Shown here: one piece after another, positions 1 through 10,426 of the stretch
Position numbering within the stretch: position 1 is the stretch's first letter
How the letters are laid out: every line of letters begins with the position of its first letter
IMG/VR virus record: IMGVR_UViG_3300010885_076238
Location: 1 to 64,000 of that record
Strand: one strand, 5' to 3'
DNA: 64,000 bases
Position numbers and translations under genes: made by a program
The notes under the pieces: generated by a model
What the model was told of the DNA's origin: nothing
The model's input: only the letters and a program-made list of their open reading frames with translations
Database searches by the model: none

Positions 1-1
1 A

Positions 2-1234
2 ACCGAGTCTAGTACAAGTACACCTACTCCAACGTTGACACTGACCAATACTCCAACCGTCACTGAATCTAGTACAAGTACACCTACTCCAACGTTGACA
101 TTGACTCCTACTGTTAATTTCAGTGATGTAGTTGAAATTATCACTACACCTACACCAACGTTAACCGAGTCTAGTACGAGTACACCAACACCAACTAATA
201 CTAATACTCTAACTTTAACAAAAGGTCCTGATTGTGATGTTTTCCTAAGGTTCACACCTACTCCAACACCAACAGAAGCTCCTAATTGTGATGTTTTCTT
301 GAGAGTGACTCCTACAAGCACTTGCACTCCAACTCTAACTCCAACTCTAACTCCTACTTTAACTGCTACTCCAACTTTTACTCCAACCCTTACTCCAACC
401 GATGTGCCTAACATTTTGACAGAACAATCAGAAAAAATATTAACAGAAAATGAAGGCTATATTTTATTAGATTTTCTAATTGGACCAAAACCAACTCGAA
501 CTCTTACTGCCACGCCAACTATTACTCCTACGAGAACTATTACTTCTACAATAACAATAACAAAAACAATAACAAAAACAATGACGCAAACATTGACCTC
601 AACTAGAACAAATACTAGTACTCCTACCCAAACTCAAACTAAAACTTCAACAAGCACTGTCACTTCGACCAGTGCCGCAACCAAAACTCCAACTCCAACT
701 AATACTAACACTCCAACTACAACAAGCACTGTTACTGCTACTAAAACCCCAACTCTAACTTCAACTCTAACTTCAACTAAAACACTAACTCCAACTCCAA
801 ATCCAACCTTAACTTCAACTAATACCTTAACTTCAACTAATACTCCAACTTTAACTTCAACTAAAACACTAACTCCAACTTTAACTAAAACTCCAACTCC
901 AACTCCAACTCCAACACTAACTCCAACTCCAACACTAACTCCAACTCCAACACTAACTCCAACTTTAACTAAAACACTAACTCCAACTTTAACTAAAACA
1001 CCAACTCCAACTTCAACTAAAACACTAACTCCAACTTCAACTAAAACACTAACTCCAACTTTAACTAAAACACTAACTCCAACAACCACGCCTGGACTAA
1101 CATTAACACCAACACCAACAATAATAAATCCTCTCAACTATAGTAGATCAAGTGTAAATAACACTTCTCATACAAATTGGGGTTTGTTAAGATCTATAAT
1201 TTCATCTAATATTAATAATTGGGGGTCTGAATGA
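2..1234 (+). CDS. Pro/Thr-rich mucin-like protein, 5'-truncated by window edge; probably virion-associated
   Basis: Frame is open from nt 2 (TESSTSTPTPT). Long TPTPTLT repeats, two PxCDVFLR motifs, and an ILTEQSEKILTE motif typical of phage structural proteins. Confidence 0.75.
   Translation, partial: TESSTSTPTPTLTLTNTPTVTESSTSTPTPTLTLTPTVNFSDVVEIITTPTPTLTESSTSTPTPTNTNTLTLTKGPDCDVFLRFTPTPTPTEAPNCDVFLRVTPTSTCTPTLTPTLTPTLTATPTFTPTLTPTDVPNILTEQSEKILTENEGYILLDFLIGPKPTRTLTATPTITPTRTITSTITITKTITKTMTQTLTSTRTNTSTPTQTQTKTSTSTVTSTSAATKTPTPTNTNTPTTTSTVTATKTPTLTSTLTSTKTLTPTPNPTLTSTNTLTSTNTPTLTSTKTLTPTLTKTPTPTPTPTLTPTPTLTPTPTLTPTLTKTLTPTLTKTPTPTSTKTLTPTSTKTLTPTLTKTLTPTTTPGLTLTPTPTIINPLNYSRSSVNNTSHTNWGLLRSIISSNINNWGSE
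640..1120 (+). repeat. Coding low-complexity tandem repeats (actccaact / TPT units)
   Basis: Dense ACTCCAACT and ACTAAAACACTA units. A 60-bp-period direct repeat also occurs at 1-100. Confidence 0.9.
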
Positions 1235-3810
1235 AAGAAATAGAAAGCATCGATGACATTTTATCTGGACTGAAGCGGATGGACTCCGAACCCGGATCAG
1301 ATCTTAAGAAATTTACAATTGTTTTAAAAAATCAACAAGATAAACAAAATTTTATTGATGATATGCGTTCTCAAACATCTTTGGTTTCAAACATACCAAG
1401 TAGATTATGTAAAGCATTAAATGAAATAGAAAATAGCAGAAGGGTTTTAGAGTATAATTTAACTAAAGAAGAAGCTGAAAATATTAGAAAAGACTCAAGG
1501 GTAGAGTGTGTAGAACAATATATTGAAAAAAAAATAATTAACTTAGGCTTTAGAGATGAGACGATCTTGCCAAAGCCTTTTGATTATGTAGAAACTCCCC
1601 TAGATTCTAAGTTAAAAATTCAGTCCTTCGATCAATCTGCGGTAATATCAGGTTTGCCTGATGGTTCTGATGTTGATGTTGTAGTAGTCGATGGTTTCAT
1701 GGCCCCAGCCAATCCAGAATTCGCAAGCAACCCTGATGGAACTGGTGGTAGTAGAGTTAATCAAATAGATTGGTATGACGTAATAAGTTATACCAATCCT
1801 TCGTATCCTTCTTATCCATATTCTTCATTTATCACAGGAAATAGCAATTCTGATCTCAATAATAATCATGGATCTCATGTTGCAGGAACCATCTCCGGTA
1901 ATACTCAGGGCTGGGCAAAAAAATCAAATATATATAATATAAATCCATATTATTCATTCATGCCAAGCGCAGGAAAAGATCTATATTTATATGCAATTAA
2001 GACTTGGCACGAAAATAAACAAGTAAATAATTTATATGGGAACAAAAATCCAACTATAAGCAATCATAGCTATGGTTATATTTGGCCATATAATATAGAT
2101 ATTAGAAACGTACTATCAATTAAATATAGAGGAGCAACTTTAATTGCTCCAAGAAATTATAATGGAGCACGATTATCTGCTGTTTTAAACGGTTCCGGTG
2201 GGATATCCGTAATAAATGTTATAAATAATGGAACAAACTATACTAACGAGCCGCAGATATCATTTTATGGAGGGGGTCAAGCAACAGCCACTGCTGAGTT
2301 AGCTAGTGGATCTGTTTATGAGATAATTATAACCGATGGTGGTTCGGGCTATAGTTCCTCTAACCCACCAACAGTAACTTTTAGCAGCCCGCCAGCAGGA
2401 GGCACTAGAGCCACTGCAACAATAGTTTCTCGTCGATTAATAGATGATTCTTCTGGCAACCCCTATGTTTATGTGAATGACAATCCAATGTATCAAATTG
2501 GAAGTCCAGGAGTTGGTCAAATTTTTGGAATTGAAATAACAGAAGCTGGTTCTGGATACATTAATCCTCCAACGGTAACTTTTTCTAATCCTGGTCCTGG
2601 GGGAAGAGTTGCGCAAGCAACTGTTGGGCTAGGATCTAACTTTATTAAAAAAATAAATATAACAAATGGAGGAACGGGATACAGCAACAATGATAGTATT
2701 CCTGATGTTATATTAAGTGGAGTAAATTATACTGAAAGTGCAAGAATTGATAAATTTTTGGTAATTCATAATGGAGAACGAAGGTACACAGACTCAAATG
2801 GATCCTTATTAAATGGAATTTATCAACCTGGTATGAGAAGATATCAGAACTTTTTCGGAGGTCCTTTGTATATACGTTACTCTGCTGGAGGCAATTACAG
2901 TTCTAGTCCAACAGTTTCATTCTATGGTGGAAATTCATTTCCTACATTCGGACCGAATGCAGGAACAATTGTAGGAACTAAACCTCATGTTAGAGCGGTA
3001 ATGGGAACTGGATCTAATGCTGGCAAAATAATGTCAATAGATGTTATTAAATCAGGAGAAGGTTATACCTCTCCTCCAAATATAGTAATAACCAACGGGG
3101 GAGGTTTTACAGAGCAGCAACTTTCAAGCTATGGCGTTGTTATATATTATAGCGACTATCTTGAAGATTTAAATAGACCTATTATGTCCGAAATGCCTAT
3201 GAGAGATTCAGGAGTTGATTCTGATATTCAAGATTTGATTGATTCTGGGGTTGTGGTTGTGGTAGCTGCTGGCAACAATTACTACAAAATAGATTTGACT
3301 TCCGGCCAAGACTATGACAATTATATTCAAGTAATTGATACTTATCATAGGAGAGCCGAACCTTCAATACTACCCGCTGAGCTGGAAAGCACAATTGATT
3401 TTTACTACCACAGAGGTTCTTCTCCTGGAAGTTGTCCTGGTGTAATTTGTGTCGGAGCATCCGCAGCGGCATCAACGGAATATAAGACTGATTTTAGTAG
3501 TACTGGACCTAGGGTTGATGTATATGCACCGGGACAACATATAAATTCAAGTACTTATAACGATGGATTAAATGATCCAAGAGATAGCAATTATCGTTTG
3601 GCTAAGTGGTCGGGTACGAGTATGGCAAGTCCTCAGGTAGCAGGAATGATTGCTTGTTATGCACAGAATAATAGAACTATAAATCAACAAGATGCTCGTG
3701 ATTTTATTATAAATAATGCAAAACCAACCGTTCAAAATGGAACTAATTATAAATCTTTACAAGGTGGAACTAATAAGTATGCTTATTTCCCGGGAATTAG
3801 CTATAGATAG
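1231..3810 (+). CDS. Subtilisin-like S8 serine protease with a large internal insertion of ITxGGSGY repeats
   Basis: Catalytic triad motifs VVVDG (D154), HGSHVAGT (H213) and GTSMASPQVAG (S797). Repeats INNGTNY, ITDGGSGY, ITEAGSGY, ITNGGTGY, IKSGEGY lie between H and S. Confidence 0.9.
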   Translation: MKEIESIDDILSGLKRMDSEPGSDLKKFTIVLKNQQDKQNFIDDMRSQTSLVSNIPSRLCKALNEIENSRRVLEYNLTKEEAENIRKDSRVECVEQYIEKKIINLGFRDETILPKPFDYVETPLDSKLKIQSFDQSAVISGLPDGSDVDVVVVDGFMAPANPEFASNPDGTGGSRVNQIDWYDVISYTNPSYPSYPYSSFITGNSNSDLNNNHGSHVAGTISGNTQGWAKKSNIYNINPYYSFMPSAGKDLYLYAIKTWHENKQVNNLYGNKNPTISNHSYGYIWPYNIDIRNVLSIKYRGATLIAPRNYNGARLSAVLNGSGGISVINVINNGTNYTNEPQISFYGGGQATATAELASGSVYEIIITDGGSGYSSSNPPTVTFSSPPAGGTRATATIVSRRLIDDSSGNPYVYVNDNPMYQIGSPGVGQIFGIEITEAGSGYINPPTVTFSNPGPGGRVAQATVGLGSNFIKKINITNGGTGYSNNDSIPDVILSGVNYTESARIDKFLVIHNGERRYTDSNGSLLNGIYQPGMRRYQNFFGGPLYIRYSAGGNYSSSPTVSFYGGNSFPTFGPNAGTIVGTKPHVRAVMGTGSNAGKIMSIDVIKSGEGYTSPPNIVITNGGGFTEQQLSSYGVVIYYSDYLEDLNRPIMSEMPMRDSGVDSDIQDLIDSGVVVVVAAGNNYYKIDLTSGQDYDNYIQVIDTYHRRAEPSILPAELESTIDFYYHRGSSPGSCPGVICVGASAAASTEYKTDFSSTGPRVDVYAPGQHINSSTYNDGLNDPRDSNYRLAKWSGTSMASPQVAGMIACYAQNNRTINQQDARDFIINNAKPTVQNGTNYKSLQGGTNKYAYFPGISYR

Positions 3811-3887
3811 AATTTGAACCAAGATTCATATTTTAATATATTAATTAGTCTTAAAATAATAAATACAAGATAACAACAGAGGAGAAA

Positions 3888-4112
3888 ATGGATAAAAAAA
3901 TATCAGAACTAGAAGAATTATTAATAGCAAAAAATAATGATTTGTTGGTTATAGTAGACTCCATCAGTCCTACTTTAGTTACAAAAAAAATAAAAAGCAT
4001 AAACTTAAGAAATGCATTTATACCAATAGAAATTAGTGACGTCAACAATCTTCAATCTGTTTTAGATAACAAGATTAATTATCAATCAATTATAGACGGG
4101 GGGTCATTTTAA
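3888..4112 (+). CDS. Small phage structural-type protein
   Basis: KISELxxL...DLLVIVD...TKKI motif seen in tail-fibre-associated proteins; GAGGAG SD. Confidence 0.6.
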   Translation: MDKKISELEELLIAKNNDLLVIVDSISPTLVTKKIKSINLRNAFIPIEISDVNNLQSVLDNKINYQSIIDGGSF

Positions 4113-5461
4113 TGTCCGCATCATTTATTCCGGGATTTCCCGAGTCTATCTCCCTTCAACCGCCAGATGTAAAAGTATTTTTTTTAGGTACTAATAGACT
4201 ATCTCATTGTGATTATACTTTGAAATTAAGTGAATCTTGGCCATCTTTCCCCGGCTTTCAAAATTGGGAGCTAGATCAAAATTCGGGAGAATTGACTTTA
4301 AATAATGCCGATTTTGATGAATCTGGATTCGATGTTCATATAGGTAAAAATATAGAGGTGACCATAGGAATATGTTCGGAATCTGGCAAGTGGCATGAGT
4401 GCGGAAATCTTTCAAAAACATACAAAGGAATATATACGATAACAGACATAGGTATGTGGTCAGACAAAATTATCTGCTCTCCAGATCCTGCAAACGATAA
4501 TATTCCTAGTGAATTTTTTAACCTTGGATCTGGCGAAGTCCAATATATGGAAAGTTTTTGGAATGCCTATCAATATTGTCCTATTCAAGAAAACTATTAT
4601 ACAAATGAAGTTTTAAAATTTGGAATTCAGGTTATAGGTGCAGGATCAGCCCTAGGATATAAGGTTATAGGAACCCCTAAATTAGCGATTTCTTTTTCAG
4701 GTCAAAATGGAAATATAACAAGATACGCAGAATTCAAAGAGGAGTTCAGCTCATATTCTGATTCTTCGAGAGAGGCCTATTTTGAATTTCATTATGCCAT
4801 ACAAGGCGTGGACAATGGAATTCCTAGGATTGGCGACAAAGCCACCCCTTGGTCGTCTGATGCTCTCAATTCAATTCGATGGAGCGCCCCCGATAATAAT
4901 TATTATTCTAGTTTCACCTCATATTTGCCCGTTACGGATATGACCAGAGTTAGGGTGAATATGGATGGAGAGCCATCTGGAAGAAATAGCGGTCAAGTCA
5001 CAATATTATTGAAAAGAAGTGATGTTCCAGGTAAAGCACCTAGTTCTTCAGATATTTTATTGGGAGAGCCTGCTTTAAACACAAGTGACGGCAAGCTATT
5101 TATTAAAAAAGAAGACGGCTCAGTAATATCTATAACTCCGATTGAGCCTCAAATTTTTACTACAAAAAATATAGATATAACATCAAGTCAAAATGATTTA
5201 AACTTAGAATCTAGTGCTACTGTTAGATTGAATCCAACCGTTGAAAGTGCCAATATAAGTGGATTTGCAGCAGGAACACCAGGAGAAATTAAATTATTAT
5301 TTAATGCTGGGACTCAAAGTTTAAATATACTTCATAATTCAAGTGACAGCATAGAAGGCAACAGAGTATTAATATCTGGCAATGATAATTTTTCTTTGGA
5401 TGTAAATTCAGGAGTTACTATTTTATATGATGAAGCTAGTAATGCTTGGAGATTATTTTAA
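4112..5461 (+). CDS. Putative tail fibre / virion protein
   Basis: C-terminal half has ILLKRSDVPGKAPSSSDILLGEPALNTSDGKLFIKK, a common tail-fibre N-terminal-type module. Abuts the previous stop. Confidence 0.6.
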   Translation: MSASFIPGFPESISLQPPDVKVFFLGTNRLSHCDYTLKLSESWPSFPGFQNWELDQNSGELTLNNADFDESGFDVHIGKNIEVTIGICSESGKWHECGNLSKTYKGIYTITDIGMWSDKIICSPDPANDNIPSEFFNLGSGEVQYMESFWNAYQYCPIQENYYTNEVLKFGIQVIGAGSALGYKVIGTPKLAISFSGQNGNITRYAEFKEEFSSYSDSSREAYFEFHYAIQGVDNGIPRIGDKATPWSSDALNSIRWSAPDNNYYSSFTSYLPVTDMTRVRVNMDGEPSGRNSGQVTILLKRSDVPGKAPSSSDILLGEPALNTSDGKLFIKKEDGSVISITPIEPQIFTTKNIDITSSQNDLNLESSATVRLNPTVESANISGFAAGTPGEIKLLFNAGTQSLNILHNSSDSIEGNRVLISGNDNFSLDVNSGVTILYDEASNAWRLF

Positions 5462-6577
5462 ATGTGGATTATTAGAAATAAAAGATTGGTTTTTACTCCT
5501 ACTCCTACTCCTACCGTAGCGCCTGACTGTGATTTTTCTTTAATTGAAGTTCCTGACTGTGATTTTTCTTTTATATTTACACCTACCCCTACACTATATG
5601 GGCCTTATGGACCTACAAGCACCCCCACTCCTACAAAATACGGAGCTGTTTATTCTCGTTTTGGTCTTGAATCTTTAGAATATAATTCATTAGGCAATTT
5701 CAATATCAATGAAAAATACAAATCTCCAAATAAAAGAGACATGGCTGTTTGTTTAGCTTTCTTTTCTCCAGTAGGATCAAAAAATCTATTATTAAATTAT
5801 AATAGAGTTAAAAATAAATTAGATAAAGCTAAAATTCCCAACTACACAATAGAATTAACTTATAACAATAAAAAATTAATAAAAGATCCATTTGTAAGGT
5901 TAAACACAAGTTCCATAATGTTTCATAAAGAAAATCTATGGAATATTTTGGCAAATAAGATATCGAAAAGATATAAAAAATTATTGTTCTTGGATGCAGA
6001 CATAATGTTTACAAATCCAAATTGGTACAATGATTTATCTATAGCGCTAGATTTTAATGATATAGTTCAGCCTTTCGAGTCTGCAGTATGGCAAAATTCA
6101 AAAGGCAAATTTAATTCTACTAATCCTTGTTCTGCTCAATTTATAGGATTAAATAAAAAATTAAACTTTTCAATGTGTCATCCTGGATTCGCTTGGGCAA
6201 TGACAAGAAATACATTTGATAAAATTAATGGATTTTACGAATATCAAGTTCTTGGCGCTGGCGATGCGCTATTTGCAATGGCATTAAATAAAAATGAATT
6301 TCTACCTGGAAATTATGGGTACCACTATTCTTTAGCAAGTTATTATCAACAATATGTAGATAAAATAAAAAAATATAGTCTTAAGATAAATTATTTAAAT
6401 AATTGCAATGCACTTCACTTATATCACGGATTATTAGAAAATAGAAATTATGGAGGAAAAGAAATTCCTAAAAATCTTGAATTCATAAGGACAAAAGATG
6501 GATTATTAGAATGGAAAAACCAAGAGAATAATCAAATAATGATTAGAAATTTCTCTAGTAGAAAAGAAGATTTCTAA
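5462..6577 (+). CDS. Glycosyltransferase-like protein with N-terminal TPTP/PDCDF repeats
   Basis: LLFLDADIMF DxD motif, HPGFAWA, HLYHG; paralog of 21437..22288. Confidence 0.7.
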   Translation: MWIIRNKRLVFTPTPTPTVAPDCDFSLIEVPDCDFSFIFTPTPTLYGPYGPTSTPTPTKYGAVYSRFGLESLEYNSLGNFNINEKYKSPNKRDMAVCLAFFSPVGSKNLLLNYNRVKNKLDKAKIPNYTIELTYNNKKLIKDPFVRLNTSSIMFHKENLWNILANKISKRYKKLLFLDADIMFTNPNWYNDLSIALDFNDIVQPFESAVWQNSKGKFNSTNPCSAQFIGLNKKLNFSMCHPGFAWAMTRNTFDKINGFYEYQVLGAGDALFAMALNKNEFLPGNYGYHYSLASYYQQYVDKIKKYSLKINYLNNCNALHLYHGLLENRNYGGKEIPKNLEFIRTKDGLLEWKNQENNQIMIRNFSSRKEDF

Positions 6578-6638
6578 AGTTATATTGTTTTGTTTTTTGA
6601 ATTAGATTATATTCTGCCTGTCAATTCGAGAGGAACAT

Positions 6639-6932
6639 ATGAAAAGAAAAACAAACAGTATGAATAAGAATACAAATATTTTAGTTAAATTTTATCCAGC
6701 CACAGATAAAGAAATCAATAGATTACTAAAATCTTTGAGTATTATGGGCACCAAAGTTTCTAATTTGATTCCAAGATGGGCAATAGATGTGCCTTTTTGG
6801 AAGGAAAATTATTATGTTGAAAAACTTATGAGTAGCGAGCTTGTGGAAAAAGTTTATAGAAATCCCAATAGTAAAAAATTCAATAGAGAAGTTGAAAATT
6901 CACCTAATGGGGAGATAGTAGATGAACAATAA
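6639..6932 (+). CDS. Hypothetical protein
   Basis: ORF with GAGAGG SD; overlaps the next gene. Confidence 0.65.
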   Translation: MKRKTNSMNKNTNILVKFYPATDKEINRLLKSLSIMGTKVSNLIPRWAIDVPFWKENYYVEKLMSSELVEKVYRNPNSKKFNREVENSPNGEIVDEQ

Positions 6933-7152
6933 ACTAGTTGAATTTAGAAAAATTTTAGCTGAACAAGGTAAGGAATTAACCCTAGATCAGGCGAAAGTTC
7001 TTTATATTTCTGCTGAAAAGTTGCTAAAAAGATCAAAGAAACTCTCTCAGATAGATCTATGGAACATGCAGGATGAAAAGATTGAAGGAATGACAGAGAA
7101 AGAAAAGCAAGAAGCCATAGCCTTATATCAGTACATTAGAGATCTTGTATGA
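6922..7152 (+). CDS. Hypothetical protein
   Basis: Coupled overlap at both ends (ATGA with glf). Confidence 0.65.
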   Translation: MNNKLVEFRKILAEQGKELTLDQAKVLYISAEKLLKRSKKLSQIDLWNMQDEKIEGMTEKEKQEAIALYQYIRDLV

Positions 7153-8240
7153 ATTTTGATTTTCTAATTGTTGGAGCCGGTCTTTTTGGTTCCACCTTTG
7201 CTAGAACAGTAGCGGAAAAAGGAAAAACTGTTTTAATTGTTGAAATAAGAAACCATATAGGTGGTAATTGTTATTCCGAAAAAATAGAAGGAATAAATGT
7301 TCACAAATATGGTCCGCATATATTTCATACTAATGACTTAAGAATTTGGAATTTTATCAATAGATTTTCTAAATTCAATAGTTATCAGCATAGACAAAAA
7401 GTTAATTATAAAAATAAAATTTATTCATTTCCCATAAATTTGATGACTTTATATCAGATTTGGGGAGTAACCTCACCAGAAGAAGCAAAGGCAAAGATTG
7501 ATTCTATCAAGGTTCCCAATATAGAATCTGATAATCTAGAAGATTGGGTTTTGTCTCAAGTTGGCGAAGAATTATATGAAATTTTTGTCAAAGGATATAC
7601 AACCAAGCAATGGGGAAAAAGCCCTAAAAGTTTGCCAAATTTTATAATTAAAAGATTGCCAATAAGACTCACGTACGACGACAGATATTTCAATGATGAA
7701 TATCAAGGAGTTCCAGTTGACGGCTATACTGGCATTTTTGAAAATATGCTTGACCATCCCAATATAAAAATTCAAACAAATGTTGATTTTTTCAGCAATA
7801 AAAGCGAACTACTGAATCAAGCAGAAAAAATTATTTTTACAGGGAAGATAGATGAATTTTATGAATATAAATTTGGGGAGTTAGAATATAGATCTTTAAG
7901 ATTTGAAAATAAAATATTAGATGGTGATCATCAGGGTGTTGCAATTATGAATTACACTGAAAAAGAAATCCCATTTACTAGAATTGTTGAACACAAGCAT
8001 TTTGAATTTAATAATTCCAATAAAACTGTTGTTACTTGGGAATATCCTGATAACTATTCTATAGGAAAAATACCTTATTACCCAATCAATGACGAAAAAA
8101 ATAATAATTTATATAAAAAATATGAAGGTCTTAATGAAAGTGGAAAAATTATTTTTGGTGGCAGACTAGGTAAATATGAGTACCGGGATATGCATCAAAT
8201 AATAGCTTCTGCACTTGTTTGTGCGAAAAAAAATATATGA
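7149..8240 (+). CDS. glf: UDP-galactopyranose mutase
   Basis: IVGAGLFG FAD motif, HIGGNCY, HKYGPHIFHT, PYYP, GRLGKYEYRDMHQ. Confidence 0.95.
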   Translation: MNFDFLIVGAGLFGSTFARTVAEKGKTVLIVEIRNHIGGNCYSEKIEGINVHKYGPHIFHTNDLRIWNFINRFSKFNSYQHRQKVNYKNKIYSFPINLMTLYQIWGVTSPEEAKAKIDSIKVPNIESDNLEDWVLSQVGEELYEIFVKGYTTKQWGKSPKSLPNFIIKRLPIRLTYDDRYFNDEYQGVPVDGYTGIFENMLDHPNIKIQTNVDFFSNKSELLNQAEKIIFTGKIDEFYEYKFGELEYRSLRFENKILDGDHQGVAIMNYTEKEIPFTRIVEHKHFEFNNSNKTVVTWEYPDNYSIGKIPYYPINDEKNNNLYKKYEGLNESGKIIFGGRLGKYEYRDMHQIIASALVCAKKNI

Positions 8241-8950
8241 TAACATCAACAAAAGTTTTAGTATTAAATAAAAATTGGACAGCAATAGGCATAACTTCTT
8301 TACAAAGAAGCATGTCTTTGTTGTATTCCGAATATGAGAATGGCGAGCCTAAAGCTCACATTGTAACTCCTCCACCGAAAGGTAGCTATGAGGTTTGGAG
8401 TTGGAAAGACTGGTCTGAACTTTTTCCGTCCGAAGGAGAAAATGGGATAGTCTCAGCAAAAAGAGTTTATAAAGTGCCTGAGGTTATACTTCTTAGTAGA
8501 TATGAAGAAGTTCCATCTACAAGAGTCAATTTTTGTAGAAGAGCCATATGGAAAAGAGATGAGTTTAGATGCCAATATTGTGGAGTCAGACCAAATTATG
8601 ATGAAGCTACGTTAGACCATATTATTCCTAGATCTTGTGGCGGAGAAACAAGTTGGACAAATTGTGTTTTAGCCTGTTATCGATGCAATAGTCAAAAAGC
8701 AGATAGGGAACCACATCAGGCTTTTAGACCCAAAGATAAAGAAAAAGCCAAGTTTTGGAGAGGTCCTTCTCCAATGAAGTTGTTGAAAGAACCAAATAGA
8801 CCTGAGTTTTCAATATTTAGGGGCGAGTATAGAATTAAAGTTTTGGATACTTGGAAGCACTGGATTGATAAATTATATTGGGATATAACTTTAGATAATG
8901 ATATGGAAGAAGAAGATTTGGACATTGCAAAATTAGCATACGAAAACTAA
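8237..8950 (+). CDS. HNH endonuclease
   Basis: KVLVLN N-terminus; RDEFRCQYCG...TLDHIIPRSCGGETSWTNCVLACYRCN. ATG 8237 overlaps the glf stop. Confidence 0.9.
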   Translation: MITSTKVLVLNKNWTAIGITSLQRSMSLLYSEYENGEPKAHIVTPPPKGSYEVWSWKDWSELFPSEGENGIVSAKRVYKVPEVILLSRYEEVPSTRVNFCRRAIWKRDEFRCQYCGVRPNYDEATLDHIIPRSCGGETSWTNCVLACYRCNSQKADREPHQAFRPKDKEKAKFWRGPSPMKLLKEPNRPEFSIFRGEYRIKVLDTWKHWIDKLYWDITLDNDMEEEDLDIAKLAYEN

Positions 8951-10387
8951 TTGTTTTTTGTCGTCATAGCAATCAAAGCCAGATTTTGCATAGGGTATTT
9001 GAATTACTTTTAGATGATCTTGATTTGAAAAATACAACATAGCAACCCTTTCATAAAGAAAGGCTGCTTTTCTTTTGTCTTGACCGAAATCTACCTTATA
9101 GTCAAAATTGTATCCATATTTGCTATTTATATAATGAAAAATATCTCTAAATTTATAAATAAAATCAGCAAAAACAAATTTATGGCATATAAAGTTATTC
9201 GCCCAAAAAACATGCTTCCTTCTTATGGGTAGATTAAAAACCTCAGAAATCTCTCTAATATATTTTTCTATTCCTGGATGGTAATTTATAGAATAGTCAA
9301 ACCATTCTTTTCTTGCAAAATGACATGTAAATACACATCTTTCGTCTAGCTTGTCAACCATTTGTGGTAGTTTTTTGATATCTAAATTATATTTTTGTTT
9401 GTATCTATGAGTCATAACCCCAACGTATGATTCTTTGCAACGAAAAACATAATCTGTTAGATAAAATTTATTTTCTGCTATATCTTCTGTGTTTGGTATT
9501 GATAATTCTAATTTGCCTAAATCTAGCTTTTGTATAAAAGGTTCATTTTCCACCTTTTTAAGGGATTCTTCATTGTGCCCAAGAACAAAAACTTTTAATG
9601 AATTTTTTATATTTTTATTGCTTATGTCTTTTTTGAACCAAAAGTAAGGCTTAGGACACCCGCCCAGATGAACTATTGTGCTTTTTCTTTTCTTAAGTTC
9701 TTCATACAATAAATTTGGACTTTCTAACCTTAGATTAGGATTATATAAAGCATCATTGAATTCTCTTTCACAAAGAATAACATTAGAATTTTTACTTGCT
9801 TCTAATGCCCAATGAATTACTCCTTGATCCCACCACTTTATCAGATCTCTTAAGTGTTGTGATTTTGCAGCCTCCTTCGTTAAAAATAAATATTTTTTCA
9901 AAAAGTCAATATCTTTTTTTCTAGTTTTGCATATTCCAAGAACTCCTCCGTTTGGAGGATTTTTTAGACGCTCTTCAACAGGATAAATTTCATATAATTC
10001 TTTTTTATTGTTTATCTCTGCTCCAAAGAAATCTTTTATCGAAACTATATTTTTTTTCAATACTTCAAATAATTTATTTAATTTTTTATAAACAATTGTG
10101 TCTGAGTCTAACCACAAGGTATATTCGAATGGTGATCTAAAAATATAATCCGGTTTATTCCAGGTTTGCCACATGAATAGGCTTTTGGGAATTATTGGGT
10201 TTTCATATTTTATTAAATTAATTTTATTTTTTTTGCACCAATTAATTTCTTTTGATTCTAGTCCTATGTCAAAAACCAACAATGGAATGTTTGGATTTGT
10301 TTTTCTTAAGCTATGACTGAATAGTTGAAAAGCAGAAAAACAGATAGAATCTGTTGAAGTAACTATACCTTGGCTAACTTTTTTCAT
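8933..10387 (-). CDS. Two-domain glycosyltransferase-like protein (GT8-like N-terminus)
   Basis: TLWLDSDTIV, NGGVL, WDQG, IVHLGG; second domain has NNFIC and FLYER motifs. Confidence 0.7.
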   Translation of the reverse strand: MKKVSQGIVTSTDSICFSAFQLFSHSLRKTNPNIPLLVFDIGLESKEINWCKKNKINLIKYENPIIPKSLFMWQTWNKPDYIFRSPFEYTLWLDSDTIVYKKLNKLFEVLKKNIVSIKDFFGAEINNKKELYEIYPVEERLKNPPNGGVLGICKTRKKDIDFLKKYLFLTKEAAKSQHLRDLIKWWDQGVIHWALEASKNSNVILCEREFNDALYNPNLRLESPNLLYEELKKRKSTIVHLGGCPKPYFWFKKDISNKNIKNSLKVFVLGHNEESLKKVENEPFIQKLDLGKLELSIPNTEDIAENKFYLTDYVFRCKESYVGVMTHRYKQKYNLDIKKLPQMVDKLDERCVFTCHFARKEWFDYSINYHPGIEKYIREISEVFNLPIRRKHVFWANNFICHKFVFADFIYKFRDIFHYINSKYGYNFDYKVDFGQDKRKAAFLYERVAMLYFSNQDHLKVIQIPYAKSGFDCYDDKKQLVFVC

Positions 10388-10426
10388 ATAACTTTTACCG
10401 AAGTTTGACTGTTATAATATAGTTTT

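Noticed and set aside
1-1120. Possible CRISPR array or DGR repeats
   Set aside because: The repeats are in-frame coding low-complexity units without unique spacers. No cas or reverse-transcriptase gene and no template/variable repeat pair is visible in the window.
634-1137. Val/Gly-rich antisense ORF
   Set aside because: It is the shadow of the Thr/Pro repeat gene (ACT/CCA reversed).
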